DNA of 64,000 nucleotides. Source: Thermoplasmata archaeon. GTDB taxonomy: Archaea > Thermoplasmatota > Thermoplasmata > Lutacidiplasmatales > UBA184. Positions 54,019-64,000 of the stretch are shown piece by piece. Location of the stretch: the NCBI GenBank assembly GCA_049300255.1, contig JBAQJJ010000040.1:74978-138977 (forward strand), in the 5' to 3' direction. How positions within the stretch are numbered: the stretch's first letter is position 1; each line of letters starts with the position of its first letter. The translations under genes and the position numbers were made by a program. The notes below the pieces were generated by a model. The model did no database searches and was not told the origin of the DNA. It was given only the letters and a program-made list of their open reading frames with translations.

Positions 54019-55509
54019 TCAGGTCGAAGCGCTCAGCAGGCTCGCCGGCGGAGACCCGCGGGCGAGCGCGCGACGGTAGCCGAGGAAGGAAAATGCGTTC
54101 CCCAGGACCGGGAATACCATGAGGATCGCCCCGGTGCGGAGCGTGCTCTCCTGGTATCGCTGACCAACGCGCCAACTGCCGACCGCTTGGCCGAACAGCC
54201 CCACAATGGAGAGGATCATTCCCAGGAGGAGCAACGGGACTCCGAAGAGAACGGCCACCGGCGCCAGGGCGTACGAGGTCGATGTCAAGGCGACTCCCGT
54301 GAGGAGAAGGCCGAGTCCGCTCGCGGTCATCGCGACGCCGAGAATCCCCACGAGGGTGAGGAACGCCGGGGTCGTGAAGTCCCGCGAGGACGTTGCCAAC
54401 TTCCGGAAGCCGGAGAAATACAAGAGGAACGACACCGCCCCCGCGACGGCCGCCGGCACGAGCAGTAGGACCGCGAGGAAAGCGTGATGGTAAAGTCCGA
54501 CGGGATTCCACGCCGCACCCGGATAGGCCAGCAGGCTCTGAGTGAGAAGGAGGGCGCCCCCAAGAAAGAGAATCTGCGCGAGAGAACCGGATAGCGAGGC
54601 GGCCCGCAGGGCCCGTACCCCCTCCCGTTCCGGGGCATCTACGGCTTGCAATAGAGCTGTCTCGCGGAGAACCCCCATTCCCCGAATGCAGACATACTCA
54701 ACGAAGACAATCCCCACGATGAAGAAGCTCACCGGGTACGGCTCGTACCAGCCGATGAACAGCCCCGCCCAGGTCGCCGTCACCGCCACCACGATCGAGA
54801 CCAGGACCGCGCTCGCCGTGCGTCTGGTCAACCGCACCGCGATAGCGGCCGGTGTCACCATCAGAGCGAAAATGAGGAAGACCCCAATGATCTGAACGGC
54901 GATCGAGATCGTCACGGCGAGGAGAATCATGAACGAGAGGTTGAGGAATCCCATCGGCAGTCCCTTGGCCTCGGCTACATCTTCGTCCAACGATGCAAAC
55001 AGGAGTGGGCGATAGATCATCGCAACTACCCCGAGGACGATCAGGCCGGTCCAGATGGTGAACGTCACTCCGGCAGAACTAATGCCCAACACCTCCCCAA
55101 AGAGAATGGAGTAGGCCTCGGTGGCGTACCCTTGATAGAGGCTGAGAAACAGCAGTCCCAACGCCAAGGCAAACGCCAGCACGGTCCCGGTCTCTACATC
55201 CCGGCTCGATGCTTTGTTTCCGAGAAAGGCCATGCCGCTGGCCGTCGCGATGGTGAAAAGTAGTAGCCCGTACACGGGATCGACCCCCACGAGGACCGCG
55301 GCCGCCGCGCCCGAAAAGCCGGTGTGACCGAGTGCGTGGCTGGCGAACGAAGAACGTCGTAGCACGACAAAGTAGCCGACTATGCCGGCCACAATGGCGA
55401 TCATCGTACCCGCCATGAACGCGTTGCGCATGAACTCGAATTGCAGCATCGCGCGCAGATCGGTGATCAGGTTCCAGCTGAAGGGCGGCCCGGCCGCTGG
55501 ACCGCTCAT
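54019..55509 (-). CDS. Metal (Zn/Mn) ABC transporter permease, ZnuB/MntB-like, with a C-terminal extra membrane domain (496 aa).
   Basis: ABC-3 permease pattern of 8–9 TM helices in the first approximately 280 aa ('LQFEFMRNAFMAGTMIAIVAGIVGYFVVLRR'), followed by an additional approximately 200-aa polytopic segment. Confidence 0.6.
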   Translation of the reverse strand: MSGPAAGPPFSWNLITDLRAMLQFEFMRNAFMAGTMIAIVAGIVGYFVVLRRSSFASHALGHTGFSGAAAAVLVGVDPVYGLLLFTIATASGMAFLGNKASSRDVETGTVLAFALALGLLFLSLYQGYATEAYSILFGEVLGISSAGVTFTIWTGLIVLGVVAMIYRPLLFASLDEDVAEAKGLPMGFLNLSFMILLAVTISIAVQIIGVFLIFALMVTPAAIAVRLTRRTASAVLVSIVVAVTATWAGLFIGWYEPYPVSFFIVGIVFVEYVCIRGMGVLRETALLQAVDAPEREGVRALRAASLSGSLAQILFLGGALLLTQSLLAYPGAAWNPVGLYHHAFLAVLLLVPAAVAGAVSFLLYFSGFRKLATSSRDFTTPAFLTLVGILGVAMTASGLGLLLTGVALTSTSYALAPVAVLFGVPLLLLGMILSIVGLFGQAVGSWRVGQRYQESTLRTGAILMVFPVLGNAFSFLGYRRALARGSPPASLLSAST

Positions 55510-56393
55510 GCCCCCTCCTCGCCTCGATCGTCTTCTCCCCCGACGATTACGATATTATTCCGGGAATCGCGTAGTACTTCGACGTGCACTCCGTAAAGCG
55601 CCGTAAGGCTTTCCGAGGTGAGAACCTCGTTCGGTGTGCCGGTCGCGACTTTGCCGTTGGCGATGTAGATCACTTTGTTCAGGCACTTGATCATGGGATT
55701 GATGTCGTGCGCCACGAGCAGGGTGGTGACGCCACGAGCCTGGACCAGACCGTGAATGGTCTCGACTAACTCCCGACTTCTGCGAAGATCGAGATTCGAC
55801 AAGGGTTCATCCAGCAGCAGCATCTCCGGATTCCCGACGAGGGCCTCGGCGAGGAAGACTCGTTGCAATTCGCCGCCGGACAATGCCCCTAGGGACTTGG
55901 AAGCCAGATCCGAAGCTCCCACATCCTCCAGTGCTTTGGCCGCCGCATCTCGCTCCGCTCCGAGACGAAATCGCGGACCCCACGGGCTGGGGCGGAAGCG
56001 TAGCCCTGGACCCCATCGATTCCCCGGGAAACCCAACCGAACGAGCTTGTCGCACTCGAGATGGGTATCGCGGTCGATGGTGTGCCGCTGCGGTACGTAA
56101 CCGATTCGAGGGTTGCCTCGGTGGGGGGGGCCACCGAGTACCGAGAGTTTACCCGTCGATGGCCAGTGGAGACCCAGTAGCATTCGGAAGAGGGTGGTCT
56201 TGCCTGCTCCATTGGGGCCGATCACCGCGACGAATTCTCCACGTTGGACGTCAAACGTGGCGTTCTTCCAGACGACCTTGTTTCGATACCTTACCTCGAC
56301 CCGTTCGGCCTGGATCGCCGGCGGGCCGTCGTGACGGGGGGGGCCCACGCCGTGGTACGAGAATATTGAAGGGGAGGGACTGCTAGCTTCCAC
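55506..56393 (-). CDS. Metal ABC transporter ATP-binding protein (ZnuC-like).
   Basis: Walker A 'GPNGAGKTT'. Signature 'LSGGELQRV'. Walker B 'LLLDEP'. A His/Gly-rich insertion region is typical of ZnuC. Overlaps the permease start. Confidence 0.75.
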   Translation of the reverse strand: MEASSPSPSIFSYHGVGPPRHDGPPAIQAERVEVRYRNKVVWKNATFDVQRGEFVAVIGPNGAGKTTLFRMLLGLHWPSTGKLSVLGGPPHRGNPRIGYVPQRHTIDRDTHLECDKLVRLGFPGNRWGPGLRFRPSPWGPRFRLGAERDAAAKALEDVGASDLASKSLGALSGGELQRVFLAEALVGNPEMLLLDEPLSNLDLRRSRELVETIHGLVQARGVTTLLVAHDINPMIKCLNKVIYIANGKVATGTPNEVLTSESLTALYGVHVEVLRDSRNNIVIVGGEDDRGEEGA

Positions 56394-56399
56394 GCGCCA

Positions 56400-57530
56400 T
56401 CATTGTCCTAGCTTGTAGGCGTTCAGCGCATTTTCGAGGTTGTTGTACTCCCCGTACATCCAATCCTGGAAGGTTGTGTCCGGAGGTTGAATGGTCTCGC
56501 TGACGAACGTGACCGTCACATTATGTTGCGGGGCCAGCGCCTCCATGGTAGTCGTGATCGGAGTCACGGTCTGCACGTTGTAGACCAAGACCCGCACATT
56601 TCCGCTCTCGAGCTGACATTCAAAGAGCGACACGCTCTGGGCAGGTGGGTCATTCCCTTCCGCGATCGCCTCCATGAACGGTTGCGGCGAAATCAGCGCG
56701 AGCCCCGTATAGTTCGCCAAATAGACGAATATACTCTCGGTCGAGGCAACGACGGTACCTGCGAATTCGTCTCGAATCTGATTGGCCCGGCTGTAAAGCT
56801 GGTCAATCGAGACGCCTCCGGAACTTCCTCCGGTGGATGAGTTCAGATTCGCGAAGTTATGCTGGAAGATGCTGGCCGATGCGGGCTGGAGAGCGACGAG
56901 GTCGCCGTACATCGCGAGGAGCGTGTGATTGACGTAGATCGGGTTGTACCACTGGTGGGGATTGCCGGTGACGATCCCTCCCGTAACACTGACACCGTTC
57001 AAATTGCCAATGTTCAGGATTTCCTGGCCGGGCGTGTTCGAGGCCGTGATCAACTGAGTCGCCCAGTCGTCATAGCCCACCCCGTTAACGACCACGAGGT
57101 TGGCGTCTGCAATCGCAGCGGCGTCGGACGCATTCGCTTCGTATTCATGAGGATCCGCGTTCGGATCGCTCACGATGCTGAGCACCGAGGTAAGATTCCC
57201 ACCCAACTGGCTGATCAGACTACCCCAGAAGTTCTCGGCGGCCACGACTTGGATCGTCTGGCCGGTGGGCACCGGTGCAATGGGCCCGTTGGTCGTTGTG
57301 CCCGCGGCGAAGTTGGGCGTTGTGTCGCCAGATACCTGACCCGCGGTCGCATTCGCCCCCAGCTCCGCGGGAGTAAAACTGGCACAAGGGTTGCCCGGGG
57401 CCTGGCTCGTGACCACTTCATAGGCGAGGGCGCCCCCCGCGACGAGCACCACCGCTACGATGGCGAAGTACTTCAGAGTCCATTGTCCAGATCGGCGTGG
57501 CTTCTTCGCACCCGTCGAGCTCGACTCCAT
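56400..57530 (-). CDS. Metal ABC transporter substrate-binding protein (ZnuA/TroA cluster-9 SBP), membrane-anchored.
   Basis: N-terminal TM 'LKYFAIVAVVLVAGGALAY' after the internal Met at 57530. 'DPNADPHEYEANASDAAAIADANLVVVNGVGYDDWA' and 'NPHQWYNP' are the metal-ligand His blocks of cluster-9 SBPs. Confidence 0.6.
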   Translation of the reverse strand: MESSSTGAKKPRRSGQWTLKYFAIVAVVLVAGGALAYEVVTSQAPGNPCASFTPAELGANATAGQVSGDTTPNFAAGTTTNGPIAPVPTGQTIQVVAAENFWGSLISQLGGNLTSVLSIVSDPNADPHEYEANASDAAAIADANLVVVNGVGYDDWATQLITASNTPGQEILNIGNLNGVSVTGGIVTGNPHQWYNPIYVNHTLLAMYGDLVALQPASASIFQHNFANLNSSTGGSSGGVSIDQLYSRANQIRDEFAGTVVASTESIFVYLANYTGLALISPQPFMEAIAEGNDPPAQSVSLFECQLESGNVRVLVYNVQTVTPITTTMEALAPQHNVTVTFVSETIQPPDTTFQDWMYGEYNNLENALNAYKLGQ

Positions 57531-57624
57531 CGTATCGTTCGGCCGTCGTTGGGAACCTGTACTCGACCGCGAGTCGTACCCACGGGTCGGCGTATTGGGG
57601 GAACTCATTTCTTGCAAACCCCGT

Positions 57625-58047
57625 TCAATTTTGGTCCGCACAGGGGGTAATCGGCTCGCCGTGAGGGCACACAGAGGGATGGCCCTCGGCGGCGCACACT
57701 TTTTCGACCGTTTTGTGCGAAAGGGAGAGGTCGACCTCTCGCGCCGCCACGCAAGTCGCTTCGGGTGTTAGGCCTAGTTGGCTGAAGAGTGTCTCTGCCA
57801 CTCGGTGATGACGTTGATACTCGAGGAGGGTCGCACGGCCACGGTTCGTCAAGCGAGACTTTCCCCGGTATCGCTCGAGGAGCCCCAGCTGCTCGAGAGG
57901 AGTGATGTGAGCGAGCGCCGATGGGGGACTCACCTTCAGGGACGCGGCGATGAGCTTGAGCGACACTCCACGCTGGGCAGTCTCGTGAGGGGCGATTGCG
58001 CGGAGCGTATCGACCTGACGGCGAGTCAGCCGCTCCAGGGTCTCCAT
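57625..58047 (-). CDS. DtxR/MntR-family metal-dependent transcriptional repressor.
   Basis: N-terminal wHTH ('LKLIAASLKVSPPSALAHITPLEQLGLLE') and metal-binding/dimerisation helix 'LLEYQRHHRVAETLF'. It is the first gene of the znu-like operon and overlaps the SBP start. Confidence 0.6.
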   Translation of the reverse strand: METLERLTRRQVDTLRAIAPHETAQRGVSLKLIAASLKVSPPSALAHITPLEQLGLLERYRGKSRLTNRGRATLLEYQRHHRVAETLFSQLGLTPEATCVAAREVDLSLSHKTVEKVCAAEGHPSVCPHGEPITPCADQN

Positions 58048-58066
58048 GCCCTACCCTACCCAGTGG

Positions 58067-58101
58067 CCATATAAATGGTATACTCTAATAATTAGTACTA
58101 A
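58067..58101. promoter_or_regulatory. Divergent promoter region: a strong TATA box (ccatataaatgg) about 25 bp upstream of the regulator ATG, plus a perfect 10-bp palindrome TTAGTACTAA.
   Basis: Read directly. atataaat at 58069–58076. ttagtactaa at 58092–58101 is its own reverse complement, a candidate DtxR-family operator. Confidence 0.3.
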
Positions 58102-58244
58102 GGAAACAATTGCCATATTTAGACACCTCTCCGACGCTTGCTGCCTGGGGAGCCGCCGGCCGAATCGTCGATGCGGACCACGGTCGAAATCCTCTGAATC
58201 GCTCCACGGAACGGCTTACTAGCCGCGCTCGATTACGTGCGGGG

Positions 58245-58673
58245 ATGGCCCGCAATCTGCGCGCCGAAATCTGCGTCGGTGCCGCGATCTTTCGAGAGGG
58301 CCGAATGCTCCTCTTGCGCCGGTCCGAAGCGCTCACCGCGTTCCCCGGAACGTGGGACATTCCCGGCGGCCACGTAGAAGAGGGTGAGGATCTCCGCGCC
58401 GCGCTCATGAGGGAAGTACGCGAAGAAACGGGTTATGCTCTGATCGTCGGGCGACCCTTCTACGCCGGAACGCTCGATTATCCGCTGGCCAACGGCCGAA
58501 GCGCTCGGACCGTCGAGGTCGAATTCCTTTGCACGCTCCCTACGGGTCGACCCCCCAGGCTTGACCCAGCCGAGCACACCGAATTTGCTTGGATTCGACG
58601 ATACAACGCACGAACTCATCCGGCCCCTCCAGTTCTACGCGAAATCATCCGAAGGGCGTTCGACGCAGTGTAA
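58245..58673 (+). CDS. NUDIX hydrolase.
   Basis: Nudix box '[23 protein letters not shown]' (Gx5Ex7REUxEExGU). Start at the internal Met 58245. A TTG at 58110 would add 45 aa. Confidence 0.6.
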   Translation: MARNLRAEICVGAAIFREGRMLLLRRSEALTAFPGTWDIPGGHVEEGEDLRAALMREVREETGYALIVGRPFYAGTLDYPLANGRSARTVEVEFLCTLPTGRPPRLDPAEHTEFAWIRRYNARTHPAPPVLREIIRRAFDAV

Positions 58674-58775
58674 CGTCAGGCGACTGAACCAAGGTGCGAA
58701 ATGTTGGTGAGTAATTGATGAAGTCACAATCGAGAGTGGGACCCACTTGACGAGGCAAGAACAGGGAGCGTTTCG

Positions 58776-60104
58776 TCACTCGTTCCTTGGAGAGGGTCGC
58801 TTCGGGTGACGACCCCGGGCGAGTTCCCGTTCCCCCAGGAACGGGTTCGCTCGGAGCGTTCGCTGATCGGCCATCAAGGGGCGGAGGACCTTCGGAATCT
58901 CGATCTCCCCTTCCGCGGTTTGGTAGTTTTCCATCAAGGAGACCACTAGGCGGGGTAGCGCCACCCCCGACGCGTTCAAGGTATGGAGGGGCTCGGCCTT
59001 GACTCCCTGCGAGCGGCGCCATCGAATATTCGCTCGGGATGATTGGAAGGCCTCGAAATTCGAGATGGAACTGACCTCCAACCAACGTCGAGATCCCGGC
59101 GCCCAGAGTTCCAGATCGTAACACTTCGCCGCTTTGTCCGGAAGATCCCCCGTGCAGAGACTTACAATCCGATACGGCAGTTCGAGTCCTTGGAGAACCA
59201 ATTCGGCCTCCTCCCGGAGCGCTTCCAACTGCGCGTAGGAATCTTCGGGCGTGGAGAAGACGACTAGTTCTACTTTGTCGAATTGATGGACCCGGGCGAT
59301 CCCCCGCGTCTCCACTCCGTGACCCCCGGCCTCGCGTCGAAAGCAGGGCGTGTAGGCCATCAGCTTCAATGGAAGGTCGTCGGGAAGCAGTATTTCATCG
59401 CGGAACAAATTCGTAACGGGAACTTCGGCAGTCGGCGCCAGCCAAAGGTCGTCGAGCTTGACTTGATAGGAGTCCTCGGCGAACTTTGGCAGTTGGCCGG
59501 TTCCGATCATCGATTGGGAGTTGATCAAGATCGGAGGAACGACTTCGACAAATTCCCGCGCGGCATGGAGCTCGCGCATGTACCGGATCAGGGCATGTTC
59601 CAGACGGGCCAGGTCCCCCCAAAGGACAAAGAATCCTTCCCCCGCGACTTTCGCCCCCCGTTCTTCGTCCAAAAGGTTGAGGGCGTGACCGATGTCGTCG
59701 TGCGTGCGTAGGGCAAACGTCGGTTCCGGACGCGCGCGACGTTCCGCCAGGACCACGTTGTCGGCCGCAGTCGTACCACGGGGGACAGACGTATGAGGGG
59801 CCACGGGAAGCAGGAGGAGGGCGTGGGCGCGTTCCGCCTCCAAGCGACGAGCCTCCCCCTCCAGTTCTCGAATCTCCTCGCGGAGGGCGGCGAATGTATC
59901 GTCGGAGGCACCTTCGGCAGCGGTTGGACGATCAGCTCCGCGTCGCGCCGCCGAGTTGCGCTGGGCGCGCAAGCGGTTGATCCGCTGATCGATCTCCTTC
60001 CAGCGGGCATCGAGTGCCAAGAGTCGGTCGACCTCTTCCGGGTCACGGTTCCGCGCGACCAGGCCGTCCTTCACGAGCTCCGGATGCTCCCGAAGAAAGC
60101 TCAT
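58776..60104 (-). CDS. serS: Seryl-tRNA synthetase, canonical (bacterial/eukaryal-type) form.
   Basis: N-terminal coiled-coil start 'MSFLREHPELVKDGLVARNRD'. Motif 2 'TPCFRREAGGHGVETRGIARVHQFDKVELVVF'. Motif 3 region near the C-terminus. 443 aa from the internal ATG at 60104. Confidence 0.8.
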   Translation of the reverse strand: MSFLREHPELVKDGLVARNRDPEEVDRLLALDARWKEIDQRINRLRAQRNSAARRGADRPTAAEGASDDTFAALREEIRELEGEARRLEAERAHALLLLPVAPHTSVPRGTTAADNVVLAERRARPEPTFALRTHDDIGHALNLLDEERGAKVAGEGFFVLWGDLARLEHALIRYMRELHAAREFVEVVPPILINSQSMIGTGQLPKFAEDSYQVKLDDLWLAPTAEVPVTNLFRDEILLPDDLPLKLMAYTPCFRREAGGHGVETRGIARVHQFDKVELVVFSTPEDSYAQLEALREEAELVLQGLELPYRIVSLCTGDLPDKAAKCYDLELWAPGSRRWLEVSSISNFEAFQSSRANIRWRRSQGVKAEPLHTLNASGVALPRLVVSLMENYQTAEGEIEIPKVLRPLMADQRTLRANPFLGERELARGRHPKRPSPRNE

Positions 60105-60285
60105 CGCGCACACGGGAACCCCCACAAGCCCCTGCGCATTAGTGCTTCGCGGTTCCACCGCCAGCTCGCCACCAATTGGCACATCCGACAAAAGTTCGCT
60201 TCGGCTACGGTGCCTGCCGCTGGGTCGGCCACGACGCAGCGCGACCTTCGAAATCCTTTTGCCCGGCACCGATACGAGTGCGTTG

Positions 60286-60783
60286 ATGGAGACGTTCCCG
60301 TTGCGATTCCGAGTCGCCACCGCGAGCGACGTGGCTACAGCGTGTCAAATTCTCACGGAGGCAACCGATTGGGAGGAGTCCAAAGGATTTCCGGCCCCCT
60401 GGCCCCGACCGTTTCCCCCGGAATCGCTCCTCGCCGCATCCGCTGGGGGCGATCTCTTTCTGGTGGAGGATCCCGCCGGCTCGCCCGTAGGAACCATCAC
60501 TCTTCAGTGGGCAGACGTTCGGTTTTGGGGAGAGCGGCCCCCGGACGCCGGCTACGTGCATCGATTCGCGATTCGACGGAACTACGGCGGCCAAGGAATC
60601 GGACGTCAGATGATCGAGTGGGCCGGAGTACGGACAAAAGAGCGCGGTCGATTCAAATTGCGACTCGACTGCCTTACTGCCAGCAAACCCCTTCACGAGT
60701 ACTATCGGTCGTTGGGATTTCGACGCGTGGGGAAAGTCATACAGGGTGGCTTTCCTTGTACCTTGTTCGAGAAGTCACTTTGA
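60286..60783 (+). CDS. GNAT-family N-acetyltransferase.
   Basis: 'VHRFAIRRNYGGQGIGRQMIEWA' is the acetyl-CoA-binding motif A (Q/RxxGxG/A). Start at the internal ATG 60286. Confidence 0.55.
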   Translation: METFPLRFRVATASDVATACQILTEATDWEESKGFPAPWPRPFPPESLLAASAGGDLFLVEDPAGSPVGTITLQWADVRFWGERPPDAGYVHRFAIRRNYGGQGIGRQMIEWAGVRTKERGRFKLRLDCLTASKPLHEYYRSLGFRRVGKVIQGGFPCTLFEKSL

Positions 60784-60801
60784 CGGCGCTTCAGTGGCCC
60801 T

Positions 60802-61464
60802 CTAACGCTGACTGCCTTTACGAGCACTAGACCGGCGACCCCGAGTGCCGCGAATACTCCGCTTTCCGGTGAGGTCCAGCCGCATCTCGCGACCGAGCAC
60901 GAATCCCAGCCGCTCGTACACGGGCATGCCCATTTTCGACGCGTGAAGTACGAGGCGCGGGTAGCGGTGGCGCTTCCCCCACTCGATGCATGCCTGCACG
61001 ATCGCCGTTGCGACCCCGTGACGTCGCCCTCGGGGTTCGGTGTACATCGAGAGGATGTACGGGAGTTCACGCGTGAATCGCTGAACCCGAGGGTGAGTCG
61101 GGAAGAGCCAGATTGCTCCGCTACCCAGGGCTCTCCCGTCCCGATCAATGGCGAGGAAGGCGAGGAATTTGCCCCGACGCCATTCGGCGCGCACCCATCT
61201 TCGGTAGGCGGGGAGGCTACTGCGGAGCTGCGAATCCCTCCAGCCGCCGATATCCCGCCACATCTTCTGGCGGTGCTCTAAGAGCAGGGGAAGGTCGTCG
61301 GGGCGCGCCCGTCGGAGGTGGAACTCTACCTCCGGCCCTCCGCGGCGCGCGCGACGGTCCGATCGGCCCGCCCGTCGGGGGGTCTTCATGCGGGGCCCGA
61401 GGCGCCGTTCATCAAAAGCTTTCAACGACGGTCCTCTCGATTCTGGGACGACAGGAATCGCCAC
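60802..61464 (-). CDS. GNAT-family N-acetyltransferase.
   Basis: 'ILSMYTEPRGRRHGVATAIVQACIEWGK' is motif A. The start is uncertain within the first approximately 25 codons. Confidence 0.55.
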   Translation of the reverse strand: MAIPVVPESRGPSLKAFDERRLGPRMKTPRRAGRSDRRARRGGPEVEFHLRRARPDDLPLLLEHRQKMWRDIGGWRDSQLRSSLPAYRRWVRAEWRRGKFLAFLAIDRDGRALGSGAIWLFPTHPRVQRFTRELPYILSMYTEPRGRRHGVATAIVQACIEWGKRHRYPRLVLHASKMGMPVYERLGFVLGREMRLDLTGKRSIRGTRGRRSSARKGSQR

Positions 61465-61972
61465 TTCGTCCTACGACGCAAAGCCTTTAGCGCTCATTCG
61501 TGACACGCCGATCGTGCTCGACGAGGCGCTCGACCCGATCTTGATTCAAGTGACGATCCCACTCCCGATTCCCATGATCTTCTCGGCCTTCCTCGATCCG
61601 ACTCACCTCCAGGGTTGGTTGTGCGATCGCGCCGTCGTCGAGCCGACGGTGGGTGGTCGTTACGAACTGACCTGGAAGGACGGCACGGAATTCACGTCCC
61701 ATGGGAAAGTCACGCGGTTGACCCCGGATGTCGACCTCGGATTCACGTGGACCGCGCCCCCCGAATTCACCGCGCTCATGAACGAGCCCACGCCCAAGAC
61801 GCACCTATACGTTCGGCTCGCCGAATCGCCGGAGGGAATCGACATCACCCTTGAACACGCCGGATGGGAGTCAGGACCGGAGTGGGAAGAGGCCCGCTCT
61901 TGGCACTTCCATCTCTGGGACGACCGACTCCATCGCTTGAAGGACTACCTCATCCACGTCGCGTACGGTTGA
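61388..61972 (+). CDS. SRPBCC-superfamily protein (AHSA1 / activator-of-Hsp90-ATPase-like domain).
   Basis: 'IFSAFLDPTHLQGWLCDRAVVEPTVGGRYELTWKDGTEFTSHGKVTRLTP' follows the AHSA1/SRPBCC pattern. The true start is probably internal, near 61490–61580. Confidence 0.5.
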   Translation: MRGPRRRSSKAFNDGPLDSGTTGIATSSYDAKPLALIRDTPIVLDEALDPILIQVTIPLPIPMIFSAFLDPTHLQGWLCDRAVVEPTVGGRYELTWKDGTEFTSHGKVTRLTPDVDLGFTWTAPPEFTALMNEPTPKTHLYVRLAESPEGIDITLEHAGWESGPEWEEARSWHFHLWDDRLHRLKDYLIHVAYG

Positions 61973-62306
61973 CGGTCCGTCGCGAGGACTCGCTCGCCAA
62001 TCGAATGTCACGTTCCGGCTCCGCCGGGAGAAAATCGCTTGCAAACCGATTCTCCGCAGAGCGAGCAAGGCCCCGCGGGAACCAACCGGAAGCTTCCGCC
62101 GGTCGCGGCCGGTCGTACGACCATGTGATGGGTGGGTAGATGGCCGCACCGGCATCGGGTCCGCGAGAACGCCGGGGCGGACGAAACTCCACCGGATCGT
62201 TCGGCCATAGCGCGGCCGGACGTGCGAACCATGCGATAATGACTTCGGGATTCGCGGATGGAACTTCGTCACCAAGCGGTAAATCCCCGGAGACGTTCTC
62301 GCGTCA

Positions 62307-62999
62307 GTGGACGTCGAGGGATGCTTCCTCCCAGAGGATCGGCTCTACGACCTCGACGCCGGGGTCTGGCTGAAAACCGAGGGAGAGGCCGATGCCGCGT
62401 TGGGGCTCATGGCCAGCTTCGCGTCGTTCGTCGGGCGCGTGCTCGCGGTCACATACCGGCCCCCGGGGATTCCGATCGAGCGGGGACGGAGCGTGGCTAT
62501 GCTGGAGAGCTTGCGGTTTACCGGACCGGTACGGACCCCGGTCCCCGGAACCGTTACGGAACAGAATCCAGCGTTACGCTCGACACCGAAGCTCATCAAT
62601 AACGCCCCCTACGATCAGGGCTGGATCGTACGCCTCCGCCTCGCGGAACCTGGAGCCACTTCCCCCACGCTCGAGCCCGCCGTGGTTGTTGAGCCACTGC
62701 TCCGCGAACAGATCCGAACCCAACGCATCCGCTGCTTTCCCGCGGTACCTGATGGCGAACTGATCGAGATCGGAGCGGAATGTGCCGCCATCCTGGCACG
62801 ATTAGATGAGGAGCTCGCGCCGCGCGCCCCCGGCGACGTCCTCTTGCTCGTGACCGACGACCCGACGAGTCCGATCGAGATGGTGCGCTGGTCGGATCGG
62901 ACCGGCAACGAGGTGCTGCACCATCGGACCGAGGGGAACCTACATCAGTTTCTCGTGCGGCGCGCTCGCGAGCCCAAGGACCGCTCGACGAGGCGATAG
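62307..62999 (+). CDS. Fusion of a GcvH-like (glycine-cleavage H-protein fold) domain lacking the lipoyl-lysine and a C-terminal TusA-like sulfur-carrier domain.
   Basis: The GcvH-like N-terminal half ends 'NAPYDQGWIVRLRLAEP', which compares with 'SDPYGEGWLFKLK'. At the lipoylation site 'ESVKAAS' this protein reads 'ESLRFTG' (Lys→Arg). The C-terminal 'CFPAVPDGE...GDVLLLVTDDPTSPIEMVRWSDRTGNEVL...GNLHQFLVRR' compares with TusA 'CPxP...GEVLEVLATDPGSKRDIPAWCRLTGHELL...GVYRFLIRK'. Confidence 0.5.
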   Translation: MDVEGCFLPEDRLYDLDAGVWLKTEGEADAALGLMASFASFVGRVLAVTYRPPGIPIERGRSVAMLESLRFTGPVRTPVPGTVTEQNPALRSTPKLINNAPYDQGWIVRLRLAEPGATSPTLEPAVVVEPLLREQIRTQRIRCFPAVPDGELIEIGAECAAILARLDEELAPRAPGDVLLLVTDDPTSPIEMVRWSDRTGNEVLHHRTEGNLHQFLVRRAREPKDRSTRR

Positions 63000-63032
63000 C
63001 CCGGCGCTGGCCTTCACGCGGTCGCGGTGGTT

Positions 63033-63890
<858 letters not shown>

Positions 63891-64000
63891 GATTCGACTC
63901 CGCGTCGTTCTATTTCGGCCGCTTATAGGGTCTGCGCCCCGCAGGATTGACGCCGAATCCGTCCACATTCCCGCGCAGTTCATCGAAGGGGGGGGCGCCG

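Overview
This is a GC-rich, densely coded 64 kb segment that looks like an archaeal chromosome. The archaeal assignment is an inference from several gene families read in the translations. These are tRNA pseudouridine-54 N1-methyltransferase (TrmY), diphthine synthase, Orc1/Cdc6, archaeal-type S-adenosylmethionine synthetase, isopentenyl phosphate kinase with type-2 IPP isomerase, archaeal Elp3, an e-MtaB-like methylthiotransferase, a Tes-like radical-SAM lipid enzyme, an FtsZ/tubulin-family GTPase, and a thiolase–DUF35 pair.

About 60 CDS can be supported, plus two tRNAs: tRNA-Ala(UGC) with the G3:U70 identity pair, and tRNA-Pro(CGG) immediately 3' of a TnpB gene. Recognisable blocks:
- kdpFABC followed by a tandem universal-stress-protein gene (as in the haloarchaeal kdpFABCQ arrangement), with no KdpD/E.
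- A DtxR-regulated Znu-type metal ABC transporter operon.
- An isoprenoid block, IPK–IDI2, colinear with Elp3, MAT and a MiaB-like enzyme.
- A thiolase–DUF35 pair adjacent to UbiX.
- Two class-III aminotransferases flanking a methylmalonate-semialdehyde-dehydrogenase-like ALDH.
- A heavily sequon-decorated surface (S-layer-like) glycoprotein.

The most unusual items are:
1. A ribbon-helix-helix gene directly coupled to a divergent, tail-less FtsZ/tubulin GTPase, behind a perfect palindromic operator.
2. Two different seryl-tRNA synthetases, one canonical and one methanogen-type with a Cys–Glu–Cys zinc triad.
3. A non-lipoylatable GcvH-like domain fused to a TusA-like domain, next to a two-domain rhodanese.
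4. A DUF35 scaffold protein fused to a degenerate condensing-enzyme-like domain.
5. A solo TnpB (IS1341-like) with an intact catalytic triad abutting tRNA-Pro.

I could not run any searches. All family calls come from reading the translations.
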